Shown: one piece after another, positions 1-10,659 of the stretch
Position numbering within the stretch: position 1 is the first letter of the stretch
Layout: each line of letters opens with the position of its first letter
Virus record (IMG/VR): IMGVR_UViG_3300032050_000002
DNA: 64,000 nucleotides
Source: a virus
Taxonomy: Duplodnaviria > Caudoviricetes
Strand: one strand, 5' to 3'
The notes under the pieces: generated by a model
The model's input: only the letters and a program-made list of their open reading frames with translations
Told to the model about the DNA's origin: nothing
Databases searched by the model: none
Program-made: the position numbers and the translations under genes

Positions 1-1323
1 ATAACTCAAGGAGAACCTCCATTCACGTTAACTTGGAGTCCAAATGTTAATGGACAAACCGAATTAACAGTAACAGGTTTAACCGCGGGAACTTATACAC
101 TAACAGTTGAAGATAGTATTGGATGTGTATCAACAAAATCAGTTACAATTTTAGGATATAATGTATTTGGGGCTTACCAAACCTATAATATTTGTGATAC
201 TGATTTTGAAAACACTGGAGAATTAGGAAAAAAAGGATTACAACAAATGTTGTTGGAAGGATTCCACGATTTAACTATTGATGATGTTAATTGTGTTTTA
301 AACCAAGCGATTTTTATTGCTGAAGTAACAGTAAATGGGGAAACAACAACAGCACCTTTTTACACTGGAACTACTTTAGGAGATTATCCAACAGATTCAG
401 AATGGTTTACTCTTTTAGGAAATACGCTTTCAGCATACGAAGGAATTAAAGAAGTTATAGTTAAACCCGGAGATAATCAAATAGTTATAATAACAGTATG
501 TGCTAATGATGAAATTGATTATAATAATTCCAAAGTAAGTATTAATCTATTAATTAATTATGATATTTCTTGTGTTGAGTGTAATCTTAAAAAATACTTA
601 TTACAAGAATGTTGTGAAGAAACTTTCTATTGGACATTACCTAATGGTAATTTAACAGATTTATCATCGGCAACTTCAGCACCTAGTTGTGAAGCATTTT
701 CAGTTAGATTTGATAACATAGAAGAATCTATCCAAGATTGTTATGATTTACTAGGATGTGATTTAGATTGTATTAGCGGAGTTACATTTGAAGTTCAAAA
801 TTGTGGTAAAAAAGCAATTAAGTTTTACTACGAACCAAATGGATTATATTATTGGGTTGTTCAAAATCAAGACGGAACTCTAAGTTTCTATTATATGGAT
901 TATAACGGACTTTCAATAAGAAAATGGGATTCTTGTTGTACACAATTAACTATGAATTCGGTAATCTCTTTATTTAACACATTTAATCATATTGTTATTG
1001 ACTGTTTATTTGATGATAGATATCTATTATATCCTTATTATAATCTTACCGATTCGGTATGTAGTGCAACAGGAGACATACCTCATTTAGAGGTAGTACA
1101 AACTTCTGAAAGTTACGGAATTTTGGGAGGAGTTATAAAGGCTAATGACGGAATTTGTTATTCAGTTATTGCGGAAACAATGTCAGCTCAAACCGTAACG
1201 TGGACACCACCAACAGTTTACAACGGATGCTCAGGGTGTACATCAACTTATTACACAATAAAAGAATTCCAAGATGGAGATGACTATTCCTTCATGGATG
1301 GAGACCCATACTATTTCCAATAA
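1..1323 (+). CDS. 5'-truncated Cys-rich structural protein with SprB-like repeat
   Basis: Frame 1 is open from base 1 (ITQGEPPFTLTWSPNVNGQTELTVTGLTAGTYTLTVEDSIGC, SprB-repeat-like) into the tracked ORF 247..1323. Confidence 0.7.
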   Translation: MTQGEPPFTLTWSPNVNGQTELTVTGLTAGTYTLTVEDSIGCVSTKSVTILGYNVFGAYQTYNICDTDFENTGELGKKGLQQMLLEGFHDLTIDDVNCVLNQAIFIAEVTVNGETTTAPFYTGTTLGDYPTDSEWFTLLGNTLSAYEGIKEVIVKPGDNQIVIITVCANDEIDYNNSKVSINLLINYDISCVECNLKKYLLQECCEETFYWTLPNGNLTDLSSATSAPSCEAFSVRFDNIEESIQDCYDLLGCDLDCISGVTFEVQNCGKKAIKFYYEPNGLYYWVVQNQDGTLSFYYMDYNGLSIRKWDSCCTQLTMNSVISLFNTFNHIVIDCLFDDRYLLYPYYNLTDSVCSATGDIPHLEVVQTSESYGILGGVIKANDGICYSVIAETMSAQTVTWTPPTVYNGCSGCTSTYYTIKEFQDGDDYSFMDGDPYYFQ

Positions 1324-1326
1324 ATT

Positions 1327-1554
1327 ATGAATACTTTAGAGATAACATCAATAACAGGACTAACACAACCATATCAAGTTTATATATGTAATGTTCTTGG
1401 TCAAAATTGTATTTTAGTTTCAACTATCGGAAGTCCTGTACCACCTTCAGTTACTATTACGTTACCTCCACAATTTGAAAACGTGCCGGCGGTAGGAGTT
1501 AAAATTGTTGCGAGTGATGGGTGCTCAAGATTTGGTGTGGAATATTGTACATAA
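1327..1554 (+). CDS. Small Cys-containing beta-rich protein, paralog of 12655..12873
   Basis: Shared ITG..P..VYIC...C..V.TI.SP...KIV...C pattern. Confidence 0.7.
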   Translation: MNTLEITSITGLTQPYQVYICNVLGQNCILVSTIGSPVPPSVTITLPPQFENVPAVGVKIVASDGCSRFGVEYCT

Positions 1555-1568
1555 TTAAAAAATAAAAC

Positions 1569-1575
1569 TATTTAT
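1569..1575 (+). promoter_or_regulatory. TATTTAT putative late promoter (one of about 22 copies before start codons)
   Basis: Lies 16 nt before ATG 1592; recurs before structural and tagged genes on both strands. Confidence 0.6.
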
Positions 1576-1591
1576 ATAAAAAATTAATAAT

Positions 1592-4366
1592 ATGGCATTT
1601 TTAACAAGTAGAACATTAGCATCAGGAGTAACAGGTAGTGATTTACTACATATAGTTATACCTGGAGATATATCACAGGGAAATCCTGCTGGTTCATCAT
1701 ATAAAGCAAATATGGGTCAAGTATTAACCTATGTTAGTCAAAACTTTAGTGGTTTAACGGCATCAACAATAAATGTTAATAATATTAGTGGTAATAGTGC
1801 TAACTTTACTAACATAACCGCAAATACCATAACCACAAATAGTATTAGTGGAACGAATGCTAACTTTACTAACATAACCGCAAATACCATAACCACAAAT
1901 AGTATTAGTGGAACGAATGCTAACTTTACAAATATAACCGCGGACACGATATCGGCGTCCACTTACCTTAATTTACCTGGTAGCAGTTCTGCAAATTGTT
2001 TTAACGACTTTTATGTTGACAATTTGTATGGATGTCCTGACGTAATAACATTTCACGATTCTTATCAGTCAGTCGATTCCAACTCATCAGGATTAATGTC
2101 AAGGTCATTTGGTTCTTATAATAATTCTTATGGAGATTATTCACATACGGAAGGTAGCGGAACTACAACAATATCAGAATATTCTCATGCGGAAGGATTT
2201 AATACACAAGCCGGTTTTAAAGCGTTTTCAGGGGTTTCCGCAAATACAGTGGGTGTTGGTATTATTACATTAACGGGCGGTACTGATTATTCGTCAGAAT
2301 TTTCTCCGACAGGAATATTATTAGTTGGAACTATAAATCCATTTAGTATTTATCAGATTAATTATACCAGCGTTAGTTATATTGGTCCAAACTTTGAAAT
2401 AACTCTAACAGATAATAGCTTGGACGGTACTGATTGTGAATTTGTTGTTGATTTTAATAATTTAAATAGTCTTTCGGCAAATACTGTTTTAGGTAAATAT
2501 TCTCATTCAGAAGGATTTAAAAATAAGGCGTTAGGCCCGAATTCACATTCAGAAGGTTCGTATTTTAAATTTCCACCAAATATATCTTATGGAGAAGGGT
2601 CACATTCTGAGGGGACATATACTAAATCTTATGGAGCTGCCTCCCATTCAGAAGGATATGAAACAAAATCTTATGGAATATCTTCTCATTCAGAAGGAAG
2701 TGGTACAAAATCTTATGGAGTGGCTTCTCATTCAGAAGGTTCATCTACCGAGGCTTATGGGGACAACTCTCACTCTGAAGGGTATTCTACCGAAACGTAT
2801 GGAGAATATTCTCACTCTGAAGGTTATGATTCAAAAACAGGGTGGAGAGGATTTGAAATAACAGGTATAACATCAGGATTAATTACTTTAAATAGTGTTT
2901 ATGGTAATGTTACAGGAAGTTTTTATTCGGGAGAAATTTTATTAATTAACCCATATGGAGTTTATACCTTTAATTCATCAAACGTTTCTTTTAGTTCATT
3001 AACAAATACTCAGATTTTATTAGACGATACAACAATAAATTCTTTTTATGGTGATGTTGCAGATTTAGATAATCTATATGACCCAATTGCAGATAACTAC
3101 AAGTCAACGTCCAACCACTCTGAAGGTTATTTTACAAGAGCGATTGGAAACTATTCACACTCAGAGGGTTTTGAAACAACATCAATAGGTCCGGCGTCTC
3201 ATTCGGAAGGTGTTAACACATATACGTATGGTGAAGGTTCTCATGCTGAAGGTCTTGAAACAAAGACATATGGTGATTTTTCCCATGCTCAAGGTGAAAA
3301 TTCAATTGCGAGTGGAAGAACTTCCCATGTTGGAGGTTATACTAATAACGCGGGGGCAAATTATTCATTTATAGGTGGAGGTAGTGGAAATACAATATAT
3401 TCAGGTTCGCAATTTTCTTCGATTGTTGGTGGTATTGATAATACAATATATAATGCGTCCCCCCCAATTGGGATTACTTCACCAAGTAATTTTTATTCTT
3501 TCATTGGTTCAGGTAAACAAAATACAATTCATCATTACGCATCATACGCAACAATATTAGGAGGTTCTTTAAATACAATTACAGGTGAAAGTCAAACTTC
3601 AAATTTTACAACAATATTAAATGGGTCTGGAAATACAATAAATGATTCAGAAGGCGGAAAAAACAATGAATTTACATTCATCGCGAATGGATATAATAAT
3701 CAAATAAATACAACAAATGTTAGTGGAGAAAATGTACATTCATTTATTTTAAACGGAAAAAATAATACAATAACCCTTTCAGATTATACAACAATAATTA
3801 ATGGGCGTGATAATACAATTGCGATTAATAATGTTAGTTTGGTATTTGGCGAGAACAATAATATGAGCGGGTCGTCATATATGTCCCTCTTTTCAAGGGG
3901 CAGTATTGTAATTAACAGTACTGACGGAGCGATTTTTGGTCAAAGTAACGTGTCTTTAGAATCCGAACATACTTTAATCTCAGGTCAATATAATACTGGA
4001 GATACTCTAACCCACGGGTTTATAACATCTAAAAACTCTAAAATATATAACTGTGAACAATCTTCAATATTAGGAGGAATTGAAAATAATATAATATCAT
4101 CTAGTCAATCTGCAATAATTGGGGGTGAAAAAAATATAATAACTAGTTCATCTAATAAAGGTATTGTTATATTAGGGGCTAGTGGAGTAACAGGAACAAC
4201 CGATTATACCACATACGTTAACGATTTTGTAATAAAGAAGTTAGCTACAGTACCTTTAAATAGTTCTGACCCTGTTGGGGAAGACGGCTCAATAACTTGG
4301 GATAGTACTCATTTTTATTGGAAGGCTAATGGTCAATGGTTAAGAGTAACAGGAAGTACTTTCTAA
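1592..4366 (+). CDS. Tail fibre/adhesin with YadA-head-like (Hep/Hag) SHSEG repeats and beta-helix C-terminal region
   Basis: Many 14-aa G..SHSEG..T repeats, GG..N.I repeats, Ser/Thr/Asn/Gly-rich. Confidence 0.75.
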   Translation: MAFLTSRTLASGVTGSDLLHIVIPGDISQGNPAGSSYKANMGQVLTYVSQNFSGLTASTINVNNISGNSANFTNITANTITTNSISGTNANFTNITANTITTNSISGTNANFTNITADTISASTYLNLPGSSSANCFNDFYVDNLYGCPDVITFHDSYQSVDSNSSGLMSRSFGSYNNSYGDYSHTEGSGTTTISEYSHAEGFNTQAGFKAFSGVSANTVGVGIITLTGGTDYSSEFSPTGILLVGTINPFSIYQINYTSVSYIGPNFEITLTDNSLDGTDCEFVVDFNNLNSLSANTVLGKYSHSEGFKNKALGPNSHSEGSYFKFPPNISYGEGSHSEGTYTKSYGAASHSEGYETKSYGISSHSEGSGTKSYGVASHSEGSSTEAYGDNSHSEGYSTETYGEYSHSEGYDSKTGWRGFEITGITSGLITLNSVYGNVTGSFYSGEILLINPYGVYTFNSSNVSFSSLTNTQILLDDTTINSFYGDVADLDNLYDPIADNYKSTSNHSEGYFTRAIGNYSHSEGFETTSIGPASHSEGVNTYTYGEGSHAEGLETKTYGDFSHAQGENSIASGRTSHVGGYTNNAGANYSFIGGGSGNTIYSGSQFSSIVGGIDNTIYNASPPIGITSPSNFYSFIGSGKQNTIHHYASYATILGGSLNTITGESQTSNFTTILNGSGNTINDSEGGKNNEFTFIANGYNNQINTTNVSGENVHSFILNGKNNTITLSDYTTIINGRDNTIAINNVSLVFGENNNMSGSSYMSLFSRGSIVINSTDGAIFGQSNVSLESEHTLISGQYNTGDTLTHGFITSKNSKIYNCEQSSILGGIENNIISSSQSAIIGGEKNIITSSSNKGIVILGASGVTGTTDYTTYVNDFVIKKLATVPLNSSDPVGEDGSITWDSTHFYWKANGQWLRVTGSTF
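1801..1929 (+). repeat. 60-bp tandem repeat (20 aa NFTNITANTITTNSISGTNA)
   Basis: 1801-1860 is identical to 1861-1920; diverged copies flank both sides. Confidence 0.95.
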
Positions 4367-4536
4367 TTTTTCTTAGGATTGGAATCCTTATTGATTAATC
4401 TCATTAGTCGTAAGGATTCTCTATAATTCTTTTCAAGTTTATCCAATTCCTTTTCAGGAACTCCTCTATCACAAGCCTCTTCATATCTAGCTTTAGATTC
4501 CTCTACTAATTTTGATACTGTTTTAAGTAATTTCAT
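4363..4536 (-). CDS. 57-aa hypothetical protein, not in ORF track (MKLLKTVSKLVEESKARYEEACDRG...)
   Basis: Manual translation; TATTTAT motif at 4542-4548 upstream on the minus strand. Confidence 0.75.
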   Translation of the reverse strand: MKLLKTVSKLVEESKARYEEACDRGVPEKELDKLEKNYRESLRLMRLINKDSNPKKN

Positions 4537-4597
4537 ATACTATAAATATCTCCCAATGTAACATTTATTAAATTACTATCTGTTATATATTTAATTA

Positions 4598-5575
4598 ATG
4601 AAAAATTTAGTATTTGTTAGTGCTCAACCGGATATTCCTTATTTTCATTGGCAATGTAAAATATATATTCATAATTTCATTGAAAAAGGTATTGACCCAA
4701 ATAATATACACATTTTATTTGGAATTATCTCACCAAATAATGAACCAACAAAAGAATCATTAGAGTTAAAAAAATTGGGGATTAATGTACATCATTATGT
4801 TGATGACAGAATTAAAAAGAAATACATACCAAGCATTAAACCTTTTTTAATTACAAAATGGTTAAAAGATAATCCGATATTAGGTGAATGTTTTTTCTTA
4901 CATGATGCCGATATTATATTTAGGGAATTACCAAAATTTGAAATTTTATTAAATGATAACATTACTTATCTATCTGATACTACTAGTTATATTGGATATA
5001 ATTATATTAATGATTGTTGTTTAAGATATGAGTCAAAACATCCAACATCTAAAAAAGGTCAATTATTACAAGAAATGGCTGATGTTGTTGGAATTGATGT
5101 TGAAAAAATTAAAGATAACCAATTAAATTCAGGTGGAGGTCAGTATATTATAAAAAATACAAATTGGGATATTTGGGATAAAATTTATAATGATTGTTAT
5201 CCTTTGTACGAACAAATGTTAAGTTATCAAAGAAGATTTCCAATAAGTCCTGGCGAAATACAATTTTGGACAGCAGAAATGTGGTCATTATTATGGAACT
5301 TGTGGAAATTTGGTATTGAAACCAAAATAACAAATGAACTTGATTTTTCTTGGGCAACAGACTCGGTATCTATTTATAATAGAAGACCTATATTACATAT
5401 GGCCGGAGTAACTGAAGATTTAAAATCTACAAAATTTTACAAAGGAGAGTACATTAATGTCAATCCTTTAGAAAAATTAAAAGAAAATCCAAATCATTTT
5501 AATTACGTAGATAAAAATAGTTCAACTATAAAATATATTGAAATTATGAAATCTATAATTAAAAAAGAATTATAA
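4598..5575 (+). CDS. GT-A glycosyltransferase resembling peptidyl-Ser alpha-galactosyltransferase / Hyp O-arabinosyltransferase (GT96/GT95-like)
   Basis: YFHWQ, IKPFLITKWLK, LHDADIIFR (DxD), GGGQY and WTAEMW motifs in the order recalled for plant SERGT1/HPAT. Confidence 0.65.
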   Translation: MKNLVFVSAQPDIPYFHWQCKIYIHNFIEKGIDPNNIHILFGIISPNNEPTKESLELKKLGINVHHYVDDRIKKKYIPSIKPFLITKWLKDNPILGECFFLHDADIIFRELPKFEILLNDNITYLSDTTSYIGYNYINDCCLRYESKHPTSKKGQLLQEMADVVGIDVEKIKDNQLNSGGGQYIIKNTNWDIWDKIYNDCYPLYEQMLSYQRRFPISPGEIQFWTAEMWSLLWNLWKFGIETKITNELDFSWATDSVSIYNRRPILHMAGVTEDLKSTKFYKGEYINVNPLEKLKENPNHFNYVDKNSSTIKYIEIMKSIIKKEL

Positions 5576-5594
5576 AGGTATTTATTGAGGAATT

Positions 5595-7913
5595 ATGGCA
5601 TCAGCTTGTTTTTGTATTAAACTTACGTTAAACTGTTCAGACTCACCGTCTATAAGTTTCAACATGACATTAGTTGGAAATCTTTACGGCGAAGCGTTTT
5701 ATTTGGGTAGTTATGATGGAAAAACCTACGCATTTTATTATTTAGGAGGACAGTGGAGATTTGTTAACATTTCTAACCCAACAACTTCCATATTTTTCGC
5801 AATATCAAATGTTGCAACCCCTTGTGATGTTTTATCTTCATTATGGCAACTAGGTGATTTAACTAATTTTACATATTGTTCAGACGATATTTTTGACGAC
5901 CCAATACTAACTATTGAAGAAGATTTTCCTAATTGTAATTTATTTCCGGGTGATTGTAGTTGTAAAATACTAAAAAATACTATTAAATGTGATGTATTCT
6001 ATCAAACTTGTGAAGGAAATATTGTACAACAATCAATAGATGCTAACACTGAAATAATAGGATGTTTTAAAGGAACTCCAATATTTTTTAGTCAAGGTGC
6101 CGGATACCCTTGGGGAACAGTTCAAAATTATACTTTGAGTAATTGCGATAATTTTTGTATTACCGGAACTTCAGCATGTTGTTTACAAATAAAAATCGAT
6201 TACGGACCTTCAACACAAATCACTAATATTAATCCTGTTGGAACTATCAATGGGTTACCAATCTATAATTTTATAAGTAACGATTTAACAAATGAATATA
6301 ATACAATAATATATTTTGATTCTAATACTAATCTTTGGAATTTTGATATACAAGAAGATAACTCATTTCAAACAATTGCAACATTAAATACAGGAAGTTG
6401 CCCATTTGGAGAGTGGGTGATTGATATACCTGGATTTTCAAAAACAATAGAAACCACTCAAGTAACTTGCCAATACCCTTCACCAACACCGACTCCAACA
6501 CCAACAATGACACCCGCACCACCAATAGTACCAATACCACCTTGTTTACAAGGGACTAATGAATGTAGCGTTGTAACAATATTCCCAATGTCTGTATTTT
6601 GTAAGGTAAAACAACCATCTGACCCAAAATCCTCAGACGGAACCGCAAGTTTAATAATTACTGGAGGAACTCCACCATATACAGTATTGTGGGATAATTT
6701 AAATATTGGTCAAACAATTTATAATTTAAATTTTGGAACTTACACCGCAACAGTGATAGATAATTATGGAGATTTTACAGCAAAAACAACTTGTGTTTTA
6801 GTTCCACCTAGCCCAACACCAACAATGACTCCAACACCAAGTCCTACAACACCTTTTACAGAATATACAATATGTTTTAAACTTACAACTTATAATTATA
6901 TTACATTTTTCCCTAATGGAGTTAAAAACGGAAAACCGTATTGGACTGGAACAACTGGAGGTGACGACTATGAATTAGTATGGAGCTCATCAACAAGTCA
7001 GTGGGTTTTAGACCCACCGCCAAGTGGAATTTATGTTTTAAGTAACGACGCTAGTTACCCACCAATAAATAATTGGGTTATATTAGGATATCCTTTACCA
7101 CCACCAATAGTTACAATCGGAACATGCCCACCACCACCAATAGGTAGATATAATTTAGGTTTACTTGGAGACCCCGCACCTGTGCCGGCTGAAATATTAC
7201 TAAATGCTAGTAAAAACGACCCAAGTTGCGGTTGTGACGGAAATATGACATTAATTGGTACAGGTGGATATCCACCTTATAGTTATTCTATTAATGGAGG
7301 ACTTTCATACAGAAACATACCTATATTTGATAATTTATGTAGTGGAACATATACCCCAACAGTTATTGATATTAGTGGTAATGTAACAACAATTAATGTT
7401 ATTTTAAATCCACCATCAAATCCGATTACATATACAGTAACTCTTAATACCACATCAACCATATTACAAAACACCGGAACACAATTAACAAAGGAATACA
7501 CAACATTAGTGAATGTAACACCACCATTAGAAAATGGAGTAACATTAACTTTTGATTTGTCACATACAAACATATTCAAAAGTTCCCCTAATACCGGAAG
7601 TACAACAAATATAACTTCATCAATTTTATATAAAAATGGATTAGTAGAGTCTGTAACTTTAACAGGAACAACTGAAGGAACTACATTTAACACTTTTGCT
7701 GGATGTCAAGGAAATATAATAAATATTAAATCAACTAATGATTCTTGGCAAAGTTTACAAATAACTAATTCAGACACAATATTGTTGGTAACAACAACAA
7801 CCATAATACAAAATGAAGTTATTAATTGTTATGTTGGAACAAGTGATGAAACTTTTTCAATTACAAACGCAACTTTACAAGGTTGTGGATGTTGTAATGT
7901 AATAAGTGGATAA
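5595..7913 (+). CDS. Cys-rich virion structural protein with SprB-like repeats and Pro/Thr linkers
   Basis: GTASLIITGGTPPYTVLW..GTYTATVID and GTGGYPPYSYSINGG..GTYTPTVID; [10 protein letters not shown] segments. Confidence 0.7.
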   Translation: MASACFCIKLTLNCSDSPSISFNMTLVGNLYGEAFYLGSYDGKTYAFYYLGGQWRFVNISNPTTSIFFAISNVATPCDVLSSLWQLGDLTNFTYCSDDIFDDPILTIEEDFPNCNLFPGDCSCKILKNTIKCDVFYQTCEGNIVQQSIDANTEIIGCFKGTPIFFSQGAGYPWGTVQNYTLSNCDNFCITGTSACCLQIKIDYGPSTQITNINPVGTINGLPIYNFISNDLTNEYNTIIYFDSNTNLWNFDIQEDNSFQTIATLNTGSCPFGEWVIDIPGFSKTIETTQVTCQYPSPTPTPTPTMTPAPPIVPIPPCLQGTNECSVVTIFPMSVFCKVKQPSDPKSSDGTASLIITGGTPPYTVLWDNLNIGQTIYNLNFGTYTATVIDNYGDFTAKTTCVLVPPSPTPTMTPTPSPTTPFTEYTICFKLTTYNYITFFPNGVKNGKPYWTGTTGGDDYELVWSSSTSQWVLDPPPSGIYVLSNDASYPPINNWVILGYPLPPPIVTIGTCPPPPIGRYNLGLLGDPAPVPAEILLNASKNDPSCGCDGNMTLIGTGGYPPYSYSINGGLSYRNIPIFDNLCSGTYTPTVIDISGNVTTINVILNPPSNPITYTVTLNTTSTILQNTGTQLTKEYTTLVNVTPPLENGVTLTFDLSHTNIFKSSPNTGSTTNITSSILYKNGLVESVTLTGTTEGTTFNTFAGCQGNIINIKSTNDSWQSLQITNSDTILLVTTTTIIQNEVINCYVGTSDETFSITNATLQGCGCCNVISG

Positions 7914-7940
7914 AAAAATAATACAATATATTTATAGACA

Positions 7941-10658
7941 ATGTCATATATTTTAAAAAATACTTCAGGGTTAGTAAACACAAGGGTAACTGATGCTGCA
8001 AGACAAAAAATGTCTCAAGGTAACTTTAATATTTCCTATTTCCAAGTTGGAGATAGTGAAGTATCATATAACACTTTACCTAACACTTACAACCAATCGT
8101 TAACTAATATTTTAGAACCTAATTTTAATTCTCAAAATTCTAGTGGACAACCACAATCTAACAAACAAAATGTTAAGTATCCATATTATGTTGATGGAAT
8201 TACAGGTAATACTTACGGAATTCCGTATATGGATTCTATAGTTAGTCCTGTATATAATAGAGCACCTCTTAGAGGTTTTTTTACAGGTAATATAACTGCA
8301 GAAACTATTAATTGGAGCGCTTTAACCAATAATCAATATGTAATTAATTCAAATTACATCATTGATATGTCAAGTTTAAATTGTACGAATAAGATAACTT
8401 TAATAAATGCGGTATGTAACCCAACCGCAAATAGAGGTCCTTCAGTTGGAGATTTTTTAACCATTTTTTATAATGGTAAAGGAATGGATGATTGTTATTG
8501 CGATAATTTACCAACCCCAACTCCAACACCTACACCAACATCAACTTCAGAAATAACAACGAGTCAAACCCCAACACCAACACCAACAAAAACACCTTAT
8601 GATTGTAACCCAAGTCCAACACCAACACCGTCTAAAACACCTTGTTTAACACCTAGTGCTAGTAGAGCGTGTCCACCTCCACCACCACCTGACTGTAAAA
8701 TGGCGATTGATAGTTGTCACCCAATGATGACATATAGAATTGTTGCAATTTGTGATAACGAAATCACATTAGATAGACCAACACCTAATTTTGGTTGGTT
8801 AAGTAATATGTGTTATGCGAGAGTGTTAATATATCCACCTAACATGACAACTATTTACGATAGTTTTACTCCAAGACCACATTGGGCGGATGATGTTATA
8901 AATTACGAATCAATATGTGATATAGACCAATTTGATGTTAAAGTTTGGAATATGAATATTCCTTGGTCAGAAAGCCCGGCAGGGTTATTTGAAACCTTAA
9001 ATAAAGGATATACCGAATTTGGTTCTATTAGTTATCTTGGAACCAAAGAATATTTAGGATATGCGTCCTCAAGTGGACAAACAGATTCTGATTCAGTTTA
9101 TTATTATAATTCTTTTGATGAGCAAGTTATTGTAACGCCTGAAGAACAAAAAGCGATAGCGATTATACATTACACAAACAATACCATAGATTTCTTTTAT
9201 GGTGAAAAGTTTGCGTTTGAACCATTTGACCCTGAAAATGTTGGAGATACTACAGGGGAGGCAAGAAATTTTAAACTACATATTCCTTGGTTAATGTGGC
9301 ATAAAAATCCAAATTGTTGTAACGGACAAACATTTTGGGTTGACCCACCAGATTTCGAAGGATTAGATTTATTTGAAGTAAATTACATCCAATCAACTAA
9401 AAATATTGACATGAATTCGCCTGGTATTAGATACTATCATTTATGGGATAATAATCCTAATTTAGATGGATATCCTAATAGGGTTGGTAAAGTATTTCCT
9501 GACCAAAAAATAGTTGTTATTGATGATGAAGAAATAATTGCTGCAATGTCTTATAAATCTAATAGAAATTGGACATTACCGGCTCCTAAAATTTCATTAA
9601 TAACTCCTAATGTGTGTGGAACAGATAATAATTCTGCTGAAGGTTTATTAACAGGGGCAAGTCAATATCTACACGTCACATATAGATTTACAGATACTGA
9701 CACTTGTTTAAATTCTTTACATTGTAATTACTATGTACCAATACAAGGTCCTAATATTGTTTGTTTACCAATTACTTCACAAAACGTTGGAGTTAGATTT
9801 GGTGATGAATTTCCTTGTTTGAATCAACCTTTTTCACCTATAACCACTACAACCACAACTTTCCCATATACAACAACCACAACAACGACAAATCAAAATT
9901 GTTATTGTTGGCAAATAACAGTATCGTCACCACCTGCAGTTGTAAATATTACAAATTGTTTTGGAGTTTTAACCGCGATAACTTTAACTGAAACGGTTAA
10001 TTTTGGATGTTCACAAACAACACCAACTTCATTAGAATCAATATCAACACTTAACTTAGGGTTATGTGATGAAGTAGTACAATGCGGAGGCTCTCCAACA
10101 ACTACCACAACAACAATATGTCCTGATTATTGTAATGTAGAAACTGGGTTTTATGCTAATAAATTTGAAATTATTTGTCAAGTTGTTGACGGAGAAGGAA
10201 GACCCGAATCTTCAGAGTGGAGAATAATTGATTTCACAAACCAATTAACATCAACGATGATTAATGGTTATATAACTAAAGAAGGTTTAATTAATAATAC
10301 ATTTGTTATTACAAAAGAACTTTATGAAGACGCTGACATTTATAATCTAAATGATTATATTGAACTAACTCCGGTTAAAACTAATCTACCATCTTTAAAT
10401 TTTGGGGATGAGTATTATTTTTATGGTTCTTTGGAAACCGATATACAAGCAACAATATATGAAATGAGATATAAAGTTAATTTGGGACAAACTGAGTTCC
10501 AAACAACCTCAAACCCTACTTGGACTAATGGTAATCCTTCATATATTACTGAAATTGGGCTTTACGATTCTGACAAAACACTTATGATTGTATCTAAACT
10601 GCAGTCACCTGTATTAAGACAAGGTATTCAGCAGTTTTTAGTAAAATTCGATTTCTAG
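7941..10658 (+). CDS. Baseplate/tail-collar-type structural protein with PT and poly-Thr insertions
   Basis: N-terminal LTDAARQKMSQG..ISYFQVGDSEV and C-terminal YITEIGLYDSDKTLMIVSKLQSP resemble tail-collar/baseplate proteins. Confidence 0.6.
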   Translation: MSYILKNTSGLVNTRVTDAARQKMSQGNFNISYFQVGDSEVSYNTLPNTYNQSLTNILEPNFNSQNSSGQPQSNKQNVKYPYYVDGITGNTYGIPYMDSIVSPVYNRAPLRGFFTGNITAETINWSALTNNQYVINSNYIIDMSSLNCTNKITLINAVCNPTANRGPSVGDFLTIFYNGKGMDDCYCDNLPTPTPTPTPTSTSEITTSQTPTPTPTKTPYDCNPSPTPTPSKTPCLTPSASRACPPPPPPDCKMAIDSCHPMMTYRIVAICDNEITLDRPTPNFGWLSNMCYARVLIYPPNMTTIYDSFTPRPHWADDVINYESICDIDQFDVKVWNMNIPWSESPAGLFETLNKGYTEFGSISYLGTKEYLGYASSSGQTDSDSVYYYNSFDEQVIVTPEEQKAIAIIHYTNNTIDFFYGEKFAFEPFDPENVGDTTGEARNFKLHIPWLMWHKNPNCCNGQTFWVDPPDFEGLDLFEVNYIQSTKNIDMNSPGIRYYHLWDNNPNLDGYPNRVGKVFPDQKIVVIDDEEIIAAMSYKSNRNWTLPAPKISLITPNVCGTDNNSAEGLLTGASQYLHVTYRFTDTDTCLNSLHCNYYVPIQGPNIVCLPITSQNVGVRFGDEFPCLNQPFSPITTTTTTFPYTTTTTTTNQNCYCWQITVSSPPAVVNITNCFGVLTAITLTETVNFGCSQTTPTSLESISTLNLGLCDEVVQCGGSPTTTTTTICPDYCNVETGFYANKFEIICQVVDGEGRPESSEWRIIDFTNQLTSTMINGYITKEGLINNTFVITKELYEDADIYNLNDYIELTPVKTNLPSLNFGDEYYFYGSLETDIQATIYEMRYKVNLGQTEFQTTSNPTWTNGNPSYITEIGLYDSDKTLMIVSKLQSPVLRQGIQQFLVKFDF

Positions 10659-10659
10659 T

